Of a stretch of 64,000 nt of DNA, positions 60,770 through 64,000 are shown one piece after another. Where the stretch lies: contig NC_135830.1 of the NCBI RefSeq assembly GCF_964213995.1, positions 15,128,001 to 15,192,000 of the forward strand, read 5' to 3'. This stretch comes from Mustelus asterias (taxonomy: Eukaryota). The notes under the pieces were generated by a model. That model did not search any database. It was not told the origin of the DNA and worked only from the letters and a program-made list of their open reading frames with translations. Both the position numbers and the translations under genes were made by a program. How positions within the stretch are numbered: the stretch's first letter is position 1; each line of letters starts with the position of its first letter.

Positions 60770-61940
60770 TGTTATGATCCAGGTCAGAAATCCAAGGTGT
60801 TTTAGAAAATCAGCCTCGCCAGAAGATTTGCACTCGAGTGAGTGTAAGGTGTTTCACTCCAGGTACGATTCAAGTGACCCACTAGGAAGCTTTTATCAAA
60901 CAAAGTTAATTTAAGAACACAGTTAAAATATAATTAGAAAAAATAGCATAACTTTTACCAATTGCAATAAAAAGCAACCATGATCTTGCTTATATCAACC
61001 AGTGCAGCTTAGTGTTCCAAATCAAATAATCCCTACAAATATACACCCCATTCTAGGTTTTGCACAGAAAGCAGGTATGCTCACGTGATGCTGGATTTGG
61101 CAGCTTTTTAACACCTGCTGTGAATTAGCGCTTAAAATGTTGAATTCAAACTCTGCCTTCCCTGTCCTGGAACTTCCAAAACCGAGAGAGAGAGAGACTG
61201 CTTGCTTCTATGTTCCAGCTGGCAACTCTCAGGCAGCGGAATCTTCATTCTAGAGAGAGAGACGACAAACACTGCTTTCAGTTTGCAGTCCAGACAGCTT
61301 GTGACAAAATGAAACTAAAACTTTCTCCTGTTAAAAAAAAACTGTCCAAAGACAGCACTGACCTTTCAATCAGGCTCCACCCAACAATTCCAAAAGGATT
61401 ATAAAACTCCAGGTCACTGTATTAGCCCAGGCTGAAAATCAACAAGATGCCCATTACATTAGCTTCATTATATTCATAGAATAGAATCCCAACAGTACAG
61501 AAAGAGGCCATTCAGCCTATCGGGCCTGCACTGACAATAATCCCAGCCTTTCTCCGTAACCCCACCTGTTCACCCTGCTAATCCCCCAGAAACTAGGGTC
61601 AATTTAGCACAGCCAATCAACCCAACCCACACATCTTTGGACTGTGGGAGGAAACCGGAGCATCTGGAGAAAACTCACGCAGACACAGGGAGAATGTGCA
61701 AACTCCACACAGACAGTGACCCAAGCCAGGAATCAAACCTGGATCCCTGGTGCTGTGAGGCAGCAGTGCTGACCACTGTGCCACCGTACTGCCATGTTGT
61801 TCTTTGTATTAGCTGAGTTGTAAATCAGTGAAGGCCAGCATAATATTTGGTCTGTGAAACACTCCGACATCCATGAACTTTGTTTTAAAGAAATCCACAT
61901 TTGAAAGCCCGGTCACTGCATGAAATATCAGACCATAACA
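60770..61940. mobile_element. LTR-like element with a nested SINE
   Basis: Inverted termini TGTTATG...CATAACA. Starts where homology with the ZF-4 3' flank ends. No TSD seen. Confidence 0.45.
61478..61795 (-). mobile_element. HE1/V-SINE
   Basis: Full-length copy on the minus strand. Confidence 0.88.
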
Positions 61941-63489
61941 AGGGGAGATAAGAAAGACAGACACTCACTTTGATCCTTTCGTCAGCACATCTGAGAGTTA
62001 AGAATGTGTGACATGATTTTGGGATAGCGGAGTGAGTGTGCAGATGTGATTTGTTACATGTGAAAAATAGCAAGCCTAAATTCATGGTGAGATGGAGTGA
62101 GGAGCGGGTCCCAAACACACACAGCTACTTGAGACACAGCAGGAGATGAAATGGTTAATGTGGCCAGGGGATTGAGACAACATTGTGACATCATCTAGGC
62201 ATTGACACACACTCCAGAGAGAACCTGAGTTCAAAACAATCAGGGTCCAATTAAACACACTGCACATGGACACACAGTGAGGAAAGGTAAAATGATAATA
62301 TTATAGATTAGGACAATTAAGGGCTTGGAAGAAATAATACTGAGTAAGAACTGTCCACAACTCGGATAGGGGTAAAGAGAGAGCTGGAGAATCTTTTACA
62401 TCCATGCTTGATCTGTTGCTTGAAGCATCTGTCCTTATGTACAAGTAACCTAGAACTCACGGTGCTCCTTCAGAAGAAAAAAGATCGATCAGATGTTACC
62501 CCAGGCGGGGCCAGAACAGAACTGGAAAATAATGGAGTGAAATTGAGTGAGTGTCAGCGACATAATTTTCCTCCCCTTCACGGTGTGGACTTTAAGAATC
62601 CTGGGAGATCCCCTACTTGGGATTTTCTTGCTAATTAGTGAATCTATGACTGGCTGTGCATTTATATTGAATTTGATTGTTACACTTCTCCTGTTTTTAT
62701 TCCTGTTGTGATTACGCTCTGGGTAAGGATGGTTGACAGGTGACAGGATGGGAAATTGTGGTTTGGGTCATTGACCAAATGTTTTATTGATCTGAAAGGT
62801 GTAAAAGGGGCCAAACTTCAGCAGAAATGTTAGCTGGGCAATGATTGGGTTAAATCAGTCTTCATAGACTTTGTGATGTAAAAAAGTATAAGAAGGGATT
62901 CCCCGAGCACAGAGATTTGTCGAGGTTTTACATATTGCATTGACTGGTGCCATGGCATCTGGGGCAGAGCAGGGAGCATTTCCGTGGAGATGCTGCTTCT
63001 ACCCAGAGTGTAATGGTAATGCTGCTGCACTTTGATACGACTGCTCAGACATTAGCCTGTGTCAGCTCTTATTGATACTGAATAAAATCTAACCACTGTC
63101 ACCAATAAGGGTTATCACTGGCAATCATTTCAGAGTTTGGGAAAAGGGGAGAAAGGGTTAATTGACTCCCTGAACCCCATTTTCTAACATCGCTGAGTCA
63201 AAAATAAAATCTCATCTCCCCCTCTGGCTCCTTTGCCAATTACCTTAGAGGGACTCACTTTCTGTTAAAGAGCCTGCCAACCCCTCTCACCCACTTTCCC
63301 TAAAGTGCATCAATCTCATCAGGAAAAGTCCAGAACAATCAAATATTTTTACTGATAAAAGTTTATTGATGAAACAGAACATGGTTAAAACAAACAGAAA
63401 ATGACTTGAGGATCAAAGACAACCAGAGTAAAGGGATGTTCACAATGTTCTGGACACAACTGGATTCTCTTCAGCTCCTCTGTCCCCTA

Positions 63490-64000
63490 AGACCATAAGA
63501 CATAGGAGCGGAAGTAAGGCCATTCGGCCCATCGGGTCCACTCCACCATTCAATCATGGTTGATTTCAACTCCATTTACCCGCTCTCTCCCCATAGCCCT
63601 TAATTCCTCGAGAAATCAAGAATTTATCAATTTCTGTCTTGAAGACGCTCAACGTCTCGTCCTCCACAGCCCTCTGTGGCAATGAATTCCACAGACCCAC
63701 CACTCTCTGGCTGAAGAAATTTCTCCTCATCTCTGTTCTAAAGTGACTCCCTTTTATTCTAAGGCTGTGCCCCCGCGTCCTAGTCTCCCCTTTAATGGAA
63801 ACAACTTCCCTACGTCCATCCTATCTAAGCCGTTCATTATCTTGTAAGTTTCTATCAGATCTCCCCTCAACCTCCTAAACTCCAATGAATATAATCCCAC
63901 GATCCTCAGAAGTTCATCGTATGTCAGGCCTACCATTCCTGGGATCATTCGTGTGAATCTCCGCTGGACCCGCTCCAGTGCCAGTATGTCCTTCCTGAGG
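63490..64000 (-). mobile_element. CR1 3' end
   Basis: MIPGMVGLTYDELLRIVGLYSLEFRRLRGDLIETYKIM; tail tatgtcttatggtctta. Confidence 0.88.

Overview
This is repeat-rich vertebrate genomic DNA. I infer an elasmobranch (shark) from the HE1/V-SINE-type SINEs, abundant CR1, Rex1 and Penelope relics, and KRAB-less zinc fingers. Bases 1-8557 hold the 5' part of a minus-strand class I (gamma/epsilon-like) endogenous retrovirus inserted into a CR1 LINE. It has a 778-bp 5' LTR, a tRNA-Ser-like PBS, a capsid-deleted and frameshifted gag with a long in-frame N-terminal extension, and an amber gag/pol readthrough junction. Its pol is an uninterrupted 1450-aa ORF with an extra 2H-phosphoesterase-like domain (two HxT motifs) between protease and RT. 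Its gamma-type env is broken by a single TAA. The rest of the window is a cluster of nine tandem C2H2 zinc-finger genes (5-14 fingers, no effector domain seen), built by inverted segmental duplication of head-to-head pairs. These genes carry CpG-rich promoters, CRE-bearing minisatellites and decayed fingers in their 5' regions. Embedded in the cluster are a complete germline TCR alpha/delta-type V segment (leader, intron, V exon, 23-RSS) with no other V, J or C recognised in the window, a tRNA-Val(GAC) pseudogene next to a Tx1-type LINE 5' end, a Penelope-type minimal hammerhead ribozyme, and a G-rich array. All calls come from reading the sequence; no searches were run.
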